Below are positions 12,529-26,335 of a stretch of 39,331 nucleotides of DNA, piece by piece (position 1 is the stretch's first letter; every line of letters starts with the position of its first letter). The stretch is from Tubiluchus corallicola (lineage: Eukaryota; Animalia; Priapulida). Under the pieces are notes generated by a model, which searched no databases, had not been told where the DNA came from, and was given only the letters and a program-made list of their open reading frames with translations. The stretch spans positions 1 to 39,331 of the forward strand of contig JAQGDQ010001468.1 in the NCBI GenBank assembly GCA_030141605.1, written 5' to 3'. A program made the position numbers and the translations under genes.

Positions 12529-13014
12529 TGTCATTCAGTTCAATTAAAAAAATCATAAGTATTGAGGTATTGCTTACTTGTGCTCTTAAAAAGCTGAGAA
12601 AATTTCAAATAGAAGCCAAAATGCACAACATTGAATAAAATTGAAGCAATTAGAGCCACGAAACCCACAGGTCAGACACTTGAGGTCTCCAACAACCGTA
12701 TGGTCAAAACCCTAACATGGTGAAGCTATAGTTATTGTCATGTTCGAATTGGAATTGTTTAAGGTGTGAGTAAATACAAAAAAACAAATGATAAATAGTT
12801 AAATATTTACTCTGTGCACTAAACTGTTATATCAATTATTGTTATATATTCTTTTGCAAAAGGGGTTATTATCAGGGCTGTCTTAAGACATGAGCATGCT
12901 GGGCAGTTGACCGGTGTCCCCATAGGAGCCACGGGTCCCTAGGGGCATCATACTAGGGACCACACTAATCAATGTCTGGCTATGAGTTGCTGTCAATTTA
13001 TTATTATTTTTGGA

Positions 13015-13775
13015 ATTAATGGCAGGCGAACACAACTATCAATGACATCACAAACTAACATAATTTTCAACAGCAAAAATATTCCATGAGCGTGTTGCAC
13101 GTGTTTCAGAAAGCGAAAATTGAAGTACCGTGCTACTGTAAGATATTCAGTGTGTTGTAGTAAAACTAGGCAAGTTTTGAGATAAAAATTCAAATTTCAA
13201 ATTTACAGTTGTGTTCACCCAGGAGCTGTCGAGCGTGTAGTTCGTAACAAACTAACACGTCTGAATTGAGAGGTACAGCACCTGTTTTTGTGCAATGCAT
13301 TTCCGAAATGCAGGTGCTACTGCCCGTCTAACTAGCAAATGGCGAAATATATGTAACAGCGAAGAACTAGTGGTGTGAAAGCGAAATTACGTTTGTGTGG
13401 TAATAATTCTTTCACGTAAGTCATTTTTGAAGAAATTGGGTCTGGTTTTACATTAAGCGTGTAATTGTGGTCAATCATAAAACTGGTGCAGAATGCGAAA
13501 CATTGGGTTACAAGCTAATTTGGGGTTTTCTGCCCAACTGTTGCTTAGAACGCCATTCATTGTTGCCATGGAATCCATTTCGCGAACACGTTGTCTAGAA
13601 TGTCCTTTAGCGTTGTCGTAGAATCCGTTTTTGTGCAAAAGTTTAGAATACGAAGTTACTTTATTGTGACGTCATAATATGAAAACTTACTAAAATCTTA
13701 TTGTATTAGCTGCCAGATAAGAACGAGATTGACCTCACGGCGAAATAGACCTGTTTGTAAAGTTACATCGCAAGT
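13015..13775 (-). mobile_element. Repeat family A, copy 2 (inverted)
   Basis: Its reverse complement matches about 3055-3865 with a short internal deletion. Confidence 0.8.
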
Positions 13776-14079
13776 ACGATAAAATTCTAAAAAGTAAAAT
13801 TCTTTATAGTTACCACAATACAAGCTGCTTAGTGTTGACTTTTGTACTTAAATGTTAGGTCTTATTTTGCATTATCTTTGACTGACAAATGCCAACACGT
13901 TTGTAGGACAACAGCATACGCAATTAACAATCTTAATCAAGATTTATTCAGACTTCTATTACGGAACACAGTAATTTCATAATTGTATGTTTGAGCATAC
14001 TATTAATTTATGGGTCGTTCATACGACCTTCATTTATGACGTGAAAGTGAATACCTCCGCTTCTTAGACGTTTATTAAA

Positions 14080-14672
14080 GCAAACCCAGATTCAATCTTA
14101 AAGTGTAGGTCAAGACAATCTACTCTTTAAAATATTGAAAGGAAACATGCTATTTTTTTCAAAAATGACTCACGTGAAAGAATTATTACCACACAAACAC
14201 AATTTCACGTTCGTGCCACTAGTTCTTCATTGTTACATGCATTTCGCCATTCGTTAGTTAGACGAGTACTAGCGCCTGCATTTCGGAAACGCATTGTACA
14301 AAAAACAGGTGCTGTACCTCTCAGTTCAGATGCGTTAGTTTGTGACGAACTACACACGTTCGATAGCTCATGCGTGAGCACAGCGATAAATTTGAAATTT
14401 CACCTTAAAACTTGCCTAGTTTTAGTGCAACACACTGAATATCTTACAGTAGCACTGTACTTCAATTTTCGCTTTCACAAACACGTGCAACACACTCGTG
14501 GAATATTTTGCTGTTGAAAATTATGTTAGTTTGTGATGTCATCAATAGTTGGGTTGTTAATTAGGTTTTTAATCTATTATTTAATTATCAGAAACGCTTT
14601 TGCAGTATTAATTGTGTTAAAATGTATACTTTTTACCGTACTAGTACATGAAAAATCATCCTGTCTTCCTTT
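14080..14672 (+). mobile_element. Repeat family A, copy 3 (partial)
   Basis: Direct match to about 3385-3990. Confidence 0.8.
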
Positions 14673-15089
14673 AAGCCTGACTTTGCCACGTTGAAGGTCA
14701 GTCATGCGCTCGGCATACTACTCGAGTGACCAGCGTGTACGGTTCTTGAAAATGTCCGAAGATTGACATGTTGGTGTGGACTTTATACGTGTCAATGTAA
14801 TCGATATTTCCTAATATATCTTAATGAAACATAAACGTCCATTTTACATTTTTTATTCAAAATCTCTGCTCCTGGGTTATGTTTATAAAACTTTATGGCT
14901 TCAATGGCCGCCTTTTGTTCACAATGATTGGAAACAGTTTGGTCATAAGTCATAGGTCATTTATTTCACGTTACACATTTACAATAGTTTCATGTACAAT
15001 ATCTAGTGAAAGGGCCTACAATGGATATAATACAAATAAGAAATACTGCACAGGAAAAGCCTCAAACACTGTTCACCTATGTACGAAGG

Positions 15090-15175
15090 TAAATGTGTTG
15101 AGGGCAATCAAAAAGCAGGACTTGTTAGATTGTCCCACACAGTGAAAGAAAAAAGGAATTGAAATAATCTGAAAA
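15090..15175 (-). mobile_element. Short dispersed repeat, probably a LINE 3' UTR; related copy near 28380-28480 on the plus strand
   Basis: GGGCAATCAAAAAGCAGG...TTGTCCCACAC..TGAAAGAAAAAA is the reverse complement of TTTTTTCTTTCACAGTGTGGGACAA..CCTGCTTTTTGATTGCCC. Confidence 0.6.
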
Positions 15176-15420
15176 TTTAAAGTGAATCGCATGATAAAAA
15201 AACTTTTAGTGCTTAAAATGGAATGATGTAATGAATGAAGCTCATATATGGGATGATATAAAAGATAGAAAGACTATTAAATGTTAATAGTATGTAAAAT
15301 TAAGATAAGTTGATTAAGATAATACCACTGTTTTGCAACCACTGTGAGGATGGATACTGATAGAAATTTTGCTCACTAATACTTACTTAAAATTTGATTT
15401 GGTTGCCCAAACGTACATTT

Positions 15421-15791
15421 CAGGGCGTATCCAGGTTCTAAAGTTATGGGGAGCAGGGGCGTATCCAGGTGCTAAAGTTATGGGGAGCAAGCAGTTAGAA
15501 ACTCCCCGCGACACGTACCAAACAATCTTTAATGCATTTGTAATAAGTTTTAATTTTATGTTTAAAATCGAAACATGAAGAAGATTCAGTTTTAAAGGAA
15601 GTACAAAAATAATGTAATGATTCCAAAAAAATCTTCCAAGGTTTGTTTAAAAAATAAAAGATTGTTTTACTTTTTATTCCATAAGTGAATTAAAGAGTTA
15701 AAGAAATTGTTGAAAAGGCGGCAGTTCTTTGAAAATGTGCTCGGGGGGGAGTTGTGTTGGCGGTTGTGCTCCCCTATTAGCTACGCCACTA
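15421..15791. mobile_element. hAT-type MITE with a duplicated left terminus
   Basis: CAGGG(G)CGTATCCAGGT..TAAAGTTATGGGGAGC occurs twice at the left. The right end is GCTCCCC..TAGCTACGCCACTA. Imperfect 8-bp flanks are GTACATTT and ACACATTT. Confidence 0.6.
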
Positions 15792-16330
15792 ACACATTTC
15801 ATTTTACTCTCTCAAAATAGCTAGATGTATTACGTAATTAGGTTTTACCACCAGACCTTGCAGAGTTTTGCTAACTGTCAACTGCTAGTGTTTTTCTTAA
15901 TGCTTTTATGCAACATGTAATAATAATACAGACAGAAACACGCAAATGTATTTTTTTCGAAAAATGTTATATGTGCGAAGTGTGAACGCCTTGCATGTGT
16001 GAACGTGTCCGATGTCCAGTAAAAGATTAACAATCTTTGTAGCGTTATTATAAGTAAAGATTATGACTTATAGAGAAACATGTTAATGGTATGGCAGTGA
16101 CATAGCTTACGGTAACCCAAAGTTAGATTTGATGCACATATCTAAACAGTTGGATATTTAACGTTTACTAGTCCACTTATATACACTTGACCTCAGGTTG
16201 CAGAGTATACACCTAATTGATAAACACAGGCTGCATAGCTTTACGGAGAACTTATGTGGACACATCGTCTGATATAACATGACGGGTCAATGCCATGTCA
16301 CTGATGTTTGCGAATAATGTACGCGTGATA

Positions 16331-16334
16331 TTTT

Positions 16335-16389
<55 letters not shown>

Positions 16390-16392
16390 TTT
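16331..16392 (+). repeat. (TTTA)n microsatellite
   Basis: Read directly from the sequence. Confidence 0.95.
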
Positions 16393-16681
16393 CAGCTCGT
16401 AGATGTTACATGTTTTAAGCTATGAAAGTACAATTACTAATAAAAATAATTGTACATAAACTTATATAAAAAATTAAAAACCGGAAGTAGTTAAAAATAT
16501 ATATATATGACATACGTTAAGAGAGCATATATTAAAATTTTATATCAACGGGCAAAAATTTTAGAGCATATAAAGCCATCAGTATGTAAATTATATATTT
16601 AAAAAAACCTAAGAGCATCTAAGATTATATGGGCAAAAGTTTATAATTTCCCACCAACAGAAAATTAGTTTGTCAAGCGAA

Positions 16682-16857
16682 TTAGGGTTAGAATTGGGAA
16701 TGGGGTTATGGTTAGGATTGGGACTGGGGTTATGGTTAGGATAGGGACTGGGGCTAGGGTTAGAGTTAGGGTTATGGTTGGGATTGGGGTTAGGGTTAGG
16801 GTTAGGGTTAGAATTGGGAATGGGGTTAGGGTTGGGATTGGGGTTAGGGTTAGGGTA
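16682..16857 (+). repeat. Degenerate interstitial (TTAGGG)n-like hexamer repeat
   Basis: GGGTTAGGGTTAGGGTTAG with variants such as GGATTG, GAATTG and GGACTG. Confidence 0.9.
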
Positions 16858-17853
16858 TTTAAATCGTGTGGGGAATTGTAAATGTCTACGTACTTTTACG
16901 CAAAATAACTTTAAATGATTAATAACATTTTCTACAAAGATTGTAGAAGCTGGAATACCACATACACATCTTACCATAGCTGTGCTGTAAGCAGATTTTA
17001 GCCTATTAATAGTTTGTCCAGAGATTAGAATAATAAAATGACAAGCTGTGTGACTTAAACACGATACGTTGTACATTCCTTGTACAGTAAGAAAATTGTA
17101 TCTGCTCTGAAATAAACGAAGTTGATAAAATAAATTTTGGTGAGATATAACTGAGAATTCTTGTAAGTTTAGAAAAACGATACAAAATCAATTAAAAAAT
17201 CAATCACAACTTTTTGCCTGCTCGCGACAGCAAAGTTTCGTGTGATTTTATCTATTCTCTATCGATTGACTGCTAGTCTGCCATTTTGTTTGTTTAATGT
17301 TCATTGCAAATCGATCTGCACTTCTAGACGGGACTCTCAATTGCGTCTCCATTGGCTTTTTCTGCTGCAGAAATTTGTAAAATAAGCGCGAATCTTGTGC
17401 TCAATTATATGTGACGACACTGAGTTTTATTGTAGCAGTTGGAAAATTTCTTCATATCGAGATCTATAGCTCTCATATAACACCGGAGCCTACAATTGAC
17501 GTAGATGGTTGTGGCAGTATCAGAACCTATCTGATAAATGCCTCACAATAGAAGCTAAACTGAACTGAGTTTTTATTTTCTCCCCTTCATGCGAACACGT
17601 TTCCCTCCCTCCCCATGACAGCATGGCAGACAAAGTCATTTTCCTGGCGGTCACGTATCCATTTGCTACGTACATTAGATGTTATTTAATCTCGGTCCAT
17701 TCACCACTCACGTGACCCCTCAGCCATGTCATAGCCTCATGTATACTTACATGCTTCCTTATAAAAGCAAAGATCGCAATTCTCAAGTAACATATTCTTG
17801 AAAAAATTCCATACACGCGAGGTAACACAATATTTTATGAAATCAGGTGACGG

Positions 17854-18289
17854 CATCGCCGGAAACTAGATGTGGCAAGCAGGGGGGGGGGGGGGCGCAA
17901 AAATTTTCTGGGAGGGTGGGCGAAGTATCCGAAGTGGTTAAATAATTGTTAAGCCAATTTTAACCCCTTTTATACTGCATGCAGGCCTATAATTAGCATG
18001 TGTGTAGGACAGAGCAATAATGAGAAAATTAACTCTCAGTTAACCTAACGTTATTAATGTGCCTCTAACTAAATTGTTATTTACAGAAATTTATCACACA
18101 CAAGTTTTAAGAAAATAATACACTGAAGCTACCAAACATTTTTTTACCCAATTCTATTTCATATTGAAAATGATTACATGCGAACTGCAATTTTCACTGC
18201 AAAAAAATTATTTGTCCGATTTTGCAGGGGGGGGGGCGCAAATTTTGACAGGGGGGGGGGCGCCCTCGCTCCCCCTAGTTCCGACCCTG
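17854..18289. mobile_element. hAT MITE with a perfect 8-bp TSD
   Basis: TSD GGTGACGG at 17846-17853 and 18290-18297. Imperfect TIRs CATCGCCGGAAACTAG and CTAGTTCCGACCCTG. Internal poly-G/GGCGCA motifs. Confidence 0.8.
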
Positions 18290-18879
18290 GGTGACGGGTA
18301 AACTAAGCAATTAAAGGCACGATCAACAGTTTCTGTTAAATAAAGCGTCGATTTTTTGTAGCTGTTGTAGAAACATGGTTTGTGAAAAAGGCTTTTGTCA
18401 ATATATGTAGCAACATAAACCAAACTCCTTTAATTACACAAACACTTTATTTTTGACTCTCTTTTCTGTACACTACGTTGTGACTACTAGATTAAAACTG
18501 TAAAAGCTCAAATCAGTTGAAACTGGTTAACCTTGGGTAATGCAAATCAGAAACCAGTCAGGTGAGAAAATGATTCACTGTAGTCTAACTTGCTGTAAAG
18601 TTGTAATGTTGCTAAAAAGTTTATAAAAGTTTGTAAAAGCACTAAGGCTCTTCTTGAATCTTACGTATAAATCTATTTTTGTCTATTAGATGTATATTCT
18701 TGTGGGAACTTTTGCTGAAAAACAATTTTTTTATAAGGTGCAAACTCACTTTCTATAATGTCCAATACTGAACATGATTCTTATATTACAGGCAACACAG
18801 TCAGCAAAATGGACATAATGATTTCACTCAGAAACAATTGTGAGGTATTTTCAATGAGTTGCTTAGTAGTTCATAAATT

Positions 18880-19095
18880 TGTCATGGTTTTTGGTTTTTG
18901 TTTTTTTGCTGTTGTTGTATTTCTGCACGTTTATGTATTTTTTAATATAGTTGTGTCTGCTGTCATTAGCGTCTTTTTGAGAAGGGTGGTTGACTCGATA
19001 ACCTTTGGTTTTTCGCCACCCTTTCTCCCATGTTCGTTTGTATTTTTGTGTATTTTATTGTCAAATTATTGTAAATTTATGGAGGAAAATAAAAT
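18880..19095 (+). mobile_element. LINE-type 3' UTR with terminal stem-loop (family T), left copy
   Basis: Hairpin GAGAAGGGTGG...CCACCCTTTCTC, then AATAAA, then a microsatellite tail. Homologous to 24853-25095 inverted. Confidence 0.75.
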
Positions 19096-19987
<892 letters not shown>

Positions 19988-20639
19988 AATATTAAAGCAA
20001 ACTCGGAATCAGTTCACGACATGGTTGATATTTTTACTTTTATTTGCGAAAACGCCTACCAAATATCCAAGTCAGTTAAACAACAGCAGTAGGTTTTTTT
20101 ACTCACCTTTAAATATGTACAATAAGTAAATCTAATTCGCCTCTCATAATCGATCTGTACACATTTTCAGTTAGTTAACACATTTAACCATTTAGCACAC
20201 TTTCAGAAATTACTATCATAAGTACGTTCCCTTTATCTTGTCACTTCGAGGGCAGTGGCAAAACGCGATTTCTTTTTTCCAAATAAATTGCACACTTTCA
20301 TGTACAAGTTGCACTTTCTTAGTACAAGTATGATGTTATGCCATGAAATCAGTGAATCCAAAGGCTCGATGAAATCAAATTTTAGTAAATTGATCGTTGC
20401 GACAACTACTGTTACATTAAGATCAATGTTATGCAGTTCTTTAGTTCTTAGTTTGTCTTGCAAAGCATATCAGTCGATTTATGGACCCCACGCAACCGAG
20501 ACGCCTTCGTTTTAATCAGCTGATCAGAGATCGCGCAATGTGCAGTACAGGAAAAATACTACTACTAGAGTTTTATGTAACTGTCTATAGATGGCGCCAC
20601 ATTGCAATTGAAAACCGCACATTACACGTGACTCCTCTT

Positions 20640-21135
20640 GGAGCCAACATTAAATCCAAGAACACACAATATTAAACAAACACGCACTAATAACAAATAC
20701 GGCAACAATTCTATCACTAAACAAGGAGTTCAACTTTGGAATACCCTGCCATCAAATTTAAAACAAATCAAGTCTTTCGACGAATTCAAATCAAAATTAA
20801 AAATACGTACATTAAATCGTTTTGAAAACCCTACATACGTAAACGATAATATATATTCATCCACAAATTTTGTTTACCCACGTCCATTTTAAATTCTATG
20901 TATATATTGTATATAGTCTATTATAATTTGCATGTAACATTATAATGTATATTTTGTTTTAAATTTTTGGCACAGTAGTTTTTAGTTTGCACTGGACGCA
21001 TTTGCCTTTAACAGTTGTGTGAATTTTATTCTCATGCGGCGATGTTCTTTTATGCTTTTATAGTTATGAATATCGATTTTTTATGACAAATAAAGATTAT
21101 TATATATAGTATTTATATATACAGCTAGTATATAT
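20640..21135 (+). mobile_element. 5'-truncated CR1/L2-type LINE 3' end
   Basis: ORF 20638-20892 contains KYGNNSITKQGVQLWNTLPSNLKQIKSFDEFKSKLK. The 3' UTR motif GCACAGTAGTTT..TTGCACTG.ACGCATTTGCCTTTA is shared with 4630-5110. Ends in AATAAAGATTA plus an AT tail. Confidence 0.8.
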
Positions 21136-21168
21136 ATCTAGCATTTAAATGACAAAAAACGGGTAGCT

Positions 21169-21765
21169 GAAGTAGGTTTCAGAAAGTGTGTTCTTCATTT
21201 TAAATATCCCACAATACTGTTCAGACTACGCCATTATATGACGTCATATACGTTTAAGGTAAATCAGGGGAAGAAAAGGTAATGTTAAATTATGTCCCCA
21301 AAAAACTTTCCGTGCAAAGTTATATTAATTAGCATTTCGCTTACCTGCTTAATTGACTTATGTAACTAGAAAAGAAAATTATTAATCATTTAAAATGTTT
21401 TCACTAATTGGAAAAATGTCGCTGACTCACCCTCCAGGGTGCACCACTTACTAATCAAAAATGTATTTTTAATCATATTGACAACTTACAGTAATTTAAA
21501 ATTTTACTTCATTAGTGACGTGTGCGCTACGAATTCTCTGATTATTTTTTCAAACTTTAAACAATGTTATCTAAACTTGTTTCAAACGACCTACTATTAA
21601 AATGGCTGCATCTAACGGTCATCGCGGGAGTTTAAATTTAAATGTTTTATACAGCGTGACTGCCGATTGAAGTCCCGCGCGCAAAAAGGCAGTACGTAAG
21701 TGATATAAAATTTCAAAACGAAATTTTTGAGCTTTATGTAAATGGGGGTTTCTTGTGTTTTAACG
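21169..21765 (+). mobile_element. Dispersed repeat family B, copy 1
   Basis: Colinear direct match to about 36272-36935, for example ATGTCGCTGACTCA(A)CCCTCCAGGGTGCACCACT. Confidence 0.8.
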
Positions 21766-22184
21766 TCTGGACCGGAAACTTTCTCATTATCAAAAAAAAT
21801 TAAAAAAGATTAAGATCAATAAGATCTATATAATTCAAATTAACTGTTTTAGCTTGATTAAAAACGGCTAGGTAACATTCTAGGTAGAAATTATCCAAAT
21901 TTTTAAGATAATATCCAAAAGCACACTTCGGAGAAACCAGTTAATTCATCAGAAATCTTACTGCCTTTACTATTACTTTTCTTTTGCGGCCACAGTGTGG
22001 CGCTCTACAAGTAAAGCACACATTATTTGACAGATGAAACATCAAACTGTAGTGTTTTACATACTTGCGGAAGTGCATTTGTTATATTATAAGCATCTAA
22101 AAGCCTGTCGCTATTTTGATATATCATGTAATTCCTTGATTAAAAAGTTACAAACTGTTACCAAGGTAAACTAGTAACTCAGTT

Positions 22185-23893
22185 TTAGTTTTTCGTGTTA
22201 CCTAAAGACATGGTTATCTCAGGTGTGTTAGTAATAGTGCTAACGTAGTCTTCTTCCAGCAGACAGTTGCTCGGATAATTTAGCCATGGTTTTGCAGCAA
22301 AGGCTTTCAAGTTTCTTGGCGAGAATCTCGTTTTCCATTCTTCTACGGTGCATTTGTCAGTCATAATGGCTATGTAACAGTCAACATTGATCAGATTTTC
22401 CATCAGATTTCCATTCAACAGTTTTGTTGCTCCTTCAAATGTAATGGCGTAGGCTGTTGTCCAAACCGTATAACCAGGTATCTCTAGAAGATTAAATCCT
22501 TCAAGAGGCGTCACTGGAATTTCATCCGTAAAGCTGTATCTTCCTGTAAAATAAGTGAAGTCCCAATCCACTTTTGCCAATTCATTCATAACGGCTTCCA
22601 CTTTTTTACGATAGTTGCTTGCAAAACACACATCATCTTCAAACACTAGTGTCCTGTTGTATCCATTCTTAACAATTTCTTTCCAAACGCTATGGTGGCT
22701 CAAAGCGCATGCCACAATACCCATTCTAGAGTCTTTTATTAGTTTAATGTCGTTTTGGGCAAGCCAGGTTTTGTTTATTTTAAGCCCGTCTAAAGCCTCA
22801 AAGATTTCTATTTCAATTCCTAGATCGTTAAACAAGGCCAACATGCGTGCTCTTCGTTCAGTGCTCCGTTGTAAATTTATCATAAACACTTTGTCGAAAC
22901 CTAGAGAGTCTTTTACCGTTTGTGACTTGGAAACATGCTGCGACACTGAGAGCGTATTGAAATGTCGCCTTCTTGCAGTCTCCCAGTTCGTTTCTTCACG
23001 TTCAAATTTCTCCATTGCGCCAGTTTTCAGGTTTGTAAATTCCACGATGTCGTCTGCTAAAGTTTCATACGCTGGAATAGTTAGAACTCCAAACTCCTCG
23101 TGATTACAAACAAACGACTCTATTCCTGCAGACCGTACCGAATCTGCGAATATGAGGATGTCATCTCTCGGTTTATTATAGTCAACTAAGTTTTCGTCGT
23201 CAAATGTCAAACGTTTCGAAGCATCTTGACGCATGTCAATAAGAAATGTTGAATGCACCACTGACACCGGAAAACATCCTAGCTTCCTTCTTTTCAATAT
23301 TTTCAAATAATCTTATCTCTTTTATAAGAACCAACTGATGTTTGGCCGCACCAAAAGTTGGAATAAGTTGATCGTGATTCCATCATTGGAGCAACGACCG
23401 TTTTATTAGCATTAATAAGTATTTGCAAGGTCTTTTCATTCTCAATAAGGTTATCACAATCAATAAAAAATACATAGTCCGCTTGCATCTTTCTTGCTGT
23501 CACCAAGGCTGCTTCTCGAAGATTCATGATATGTCTGTATCTCGAATCAGGCCAAGATAGTCGACCTTCCTCATCAGGAAATGCCGTCGGTTTTGTAACC
23601 AAATGGAGATCTACGGAATGGTATTTTTCTCCCATATTTTTCAACCATTCTGTTAAGATTCTGCTAGTGTCATCTACATTATGATCAGTTCTAATCCAGA
23701 GTGCAATCCTATGTTTAGGAAAATCGAGCTTTTCAATGCAGCCCAAATAGTATGGCATGGTATGTGCTTTGTTACGCGCAAGAATGGACAACATGACCAG
23801 TGGAAAGTTGTCTGCTTCTTCGACTTCGGCTTCAACGCTCCTTGTGCACGTAAGCATCAATAGTAAACTAGCGATGGTTGAACACAGCATCAT
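22185..23893 (-). CDS. COLGALT1: Procollagen galactosyltransferase-like (COLGALT/GLT25D, GT25 family), intronless, with a 1-nt frameshift at about 23313 (pseudogene allele or assembly error); 569 aa if repaired
   Basis: Hydrophobic N-terminal signal peptide. Family motifs occur in order: ILARNKAHTMPYYLG, WIRTDHNVD, FIDCD (DxD), YSNFWCG, GCFPVSVVHSTFLID, DDILIFA, LGFDKVFMINLQRSTERR, CALSH, LVFEDD, WTTAYAI. The two track ORFs overlap and join as KRD(K)DYLKILKR when one base is added. Confidence 0.92.
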
Positions 23894-24009
23894 TAGACTA
23901 ACGTGGCTTACTTGTGAAAATACTGAAGTGGCTGGTGCGGCTATCTTTACTATCTTTACTGTCTTTACTTGAGTCGCAGTGTCGAGGTCACAGCCAAAAT
24001 CCCAAACCT

Positions 24010-24852
<843 letters not shown>

Positions 24853-25095
24853 TAACAATTTATTTTTCTCCGTAAATTTACATTTACATAGAAAAATACA
24901 AATGGACATGGGAGAAGGGGTGGTGAAAAACCAAAGGTCAGCGAGTCAAACGCTCTTCTCAGGAAGACAAGTAAACAAGATGACATTAACGCATCTATGA
25001 AAAATACATAAACTACCATAAATACAAAAAATAAAAATACAAAAATAAAAATACAAAAACCAGTTATTCGTAAATAAATAATAAAAGCAAACACA
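24853..25095 (-). mobile_element. LINE-type 3' UTR (family T), right copy, inverted relative to 18880-19095
   Basis: Reverse complement TGAGAAGAGCGTTTGACTCGCTGACCTTTGGTTTTTCACCACCCCTTCTCCCATGTCCATTTGTATTTTT...GTAAATTTACGGAGAAAAATAAA aligns with the left copy. Confidence 0.8.
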
Positions 25096-25422
25096 TAAAT
25101 AAATTGATGGTGTTAGTTCTCCGTGTTATAACGTATCATAAAGTAAATCAAAACTCACAGTAAAAAACAAATATAGTTATGCAATCAGTCACTTAGATTC
25201 ACGAGTGCAACTGCGTCGCTCACGCTGCTTTAAAAGACACATTTATAATTCTGTAATGGAAATTTCACTCACACAAGTTCACGCAACAAAGTACAAGATT
25301 GGAATATAAATATCTGCAGTTGTGCTCATAAGATGTTAACGTACCATAGAGGAATATGTAGAACAGTGGTTCGTAACCTTTTCACTGCTGGTACACCCTG
25401 AAGGCAACAAAGTCGTCTAGAC

Positions 25423-25839
25423 AAGTTGTGTGCAAATTATCTGACTAGCCGGGCCACATTAAACCTTCCCGCAATTCCTGTGGGCCACAGGCAGTTTGGT
25501 CAAGGAGCCAAGTGCAGTAGGACCTGATAACGACTTTTTTGCATCCGATTTGCGCACATCATTACCACTGCACTACTACACTCAAGAAACTATTTTAGAA
25601 GTTATTGAAATTTATATTAAAAACCACATATTTCGTCATGTCCGACAGTGTACATTAAGTGACAACGGTCTTGTAAGGGTTAATGCCATCCAATCTAGAG
25701 AAAAAAACTAGCCCGCACTATCTTTGCGATATTGGCGCAGACTTCAGCTGGAACGCGCGGGCCGCACTTTCATTACGTTGACAAACCTCTTCGTGGGCCG
25801 CACAAGATCTCTCGGCGGGCCGCAGTTTGCATACCACTG
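25423..25839. mobile_element. hAT-Charlie-type MITE
   Basis: 8-bp TSD GTCTAGAC (nTCTAGAn preference) at 25415-25422 and 25840-25847. TIRs AAGTTGTGTGCAAA and TTTGCATACCACTG. Subterminal GGGCCRCA motifs. Its left end recurs at about 35423-35465. Confidence 0.85.
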
Positions 25840-25901
25840 GTCTAGACACTTGCAAAAATATGTATATAGCAATAAAGGAGTAAAGAGAATCTATTAAAAT
25901 A

Positions 25902-26335
25902 TGTTAAGTGTCGGATAATTAGGCCAGGAAGAATATCTAGGAAGCCAGACTTCCAAATAAGGAATTAAGGTGCGGCGGTCACGTGACTGCTCACTCATCA
26001 GACTTCCAAATAGGGAACTGCCCATTTGGACAGACTGCGCACGCAGCTGGTATGCTGCGAAGCCACCCGGTGCAGAAGATGGATTCCTAGACCAGCCAGT
26101 CAGGCCGGGGAAGCCAAGAGATCAGGGGGCTTTTGGCATTGCTATTTAGCTTCTATGTTGTGATGTTTATTAATAAAGTGTTATTTACTAATCAACGTCT
26201 TATAGCTTTGCCATTCCTCAAAGGTCCATAAACAGCTACACACATCGCTCACATACGTACTACCCACTATACAAACCAAGTATAACAATTTTACTAAAGG
26301 TGATGCATTCACGAGGCGGTAGTGACTGCTATAAT
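25902..26335 (+). mobile_element. Solo-LTR-like repeat, copy 2
   Basis: Begins TGTTA, has an internal AATAAA and is homologous to 8869-9245. The right boundary is uncertain. Confidence 0.5.

Noticed and set aside
11998-12638. (ER)n and (LS)n ORFs
   Set aside because: These are frames of the (CT)n microsatellite.
16609-17076. (PN)n-containing ORF
   Set aside because: It is the translation of the telomere-like hexamer tract.
22615-23972. Plus-strand ORFs overlapping COLGALT
   Set aside because: They are antisense shadows of the real CDS with no recognisable motifs.
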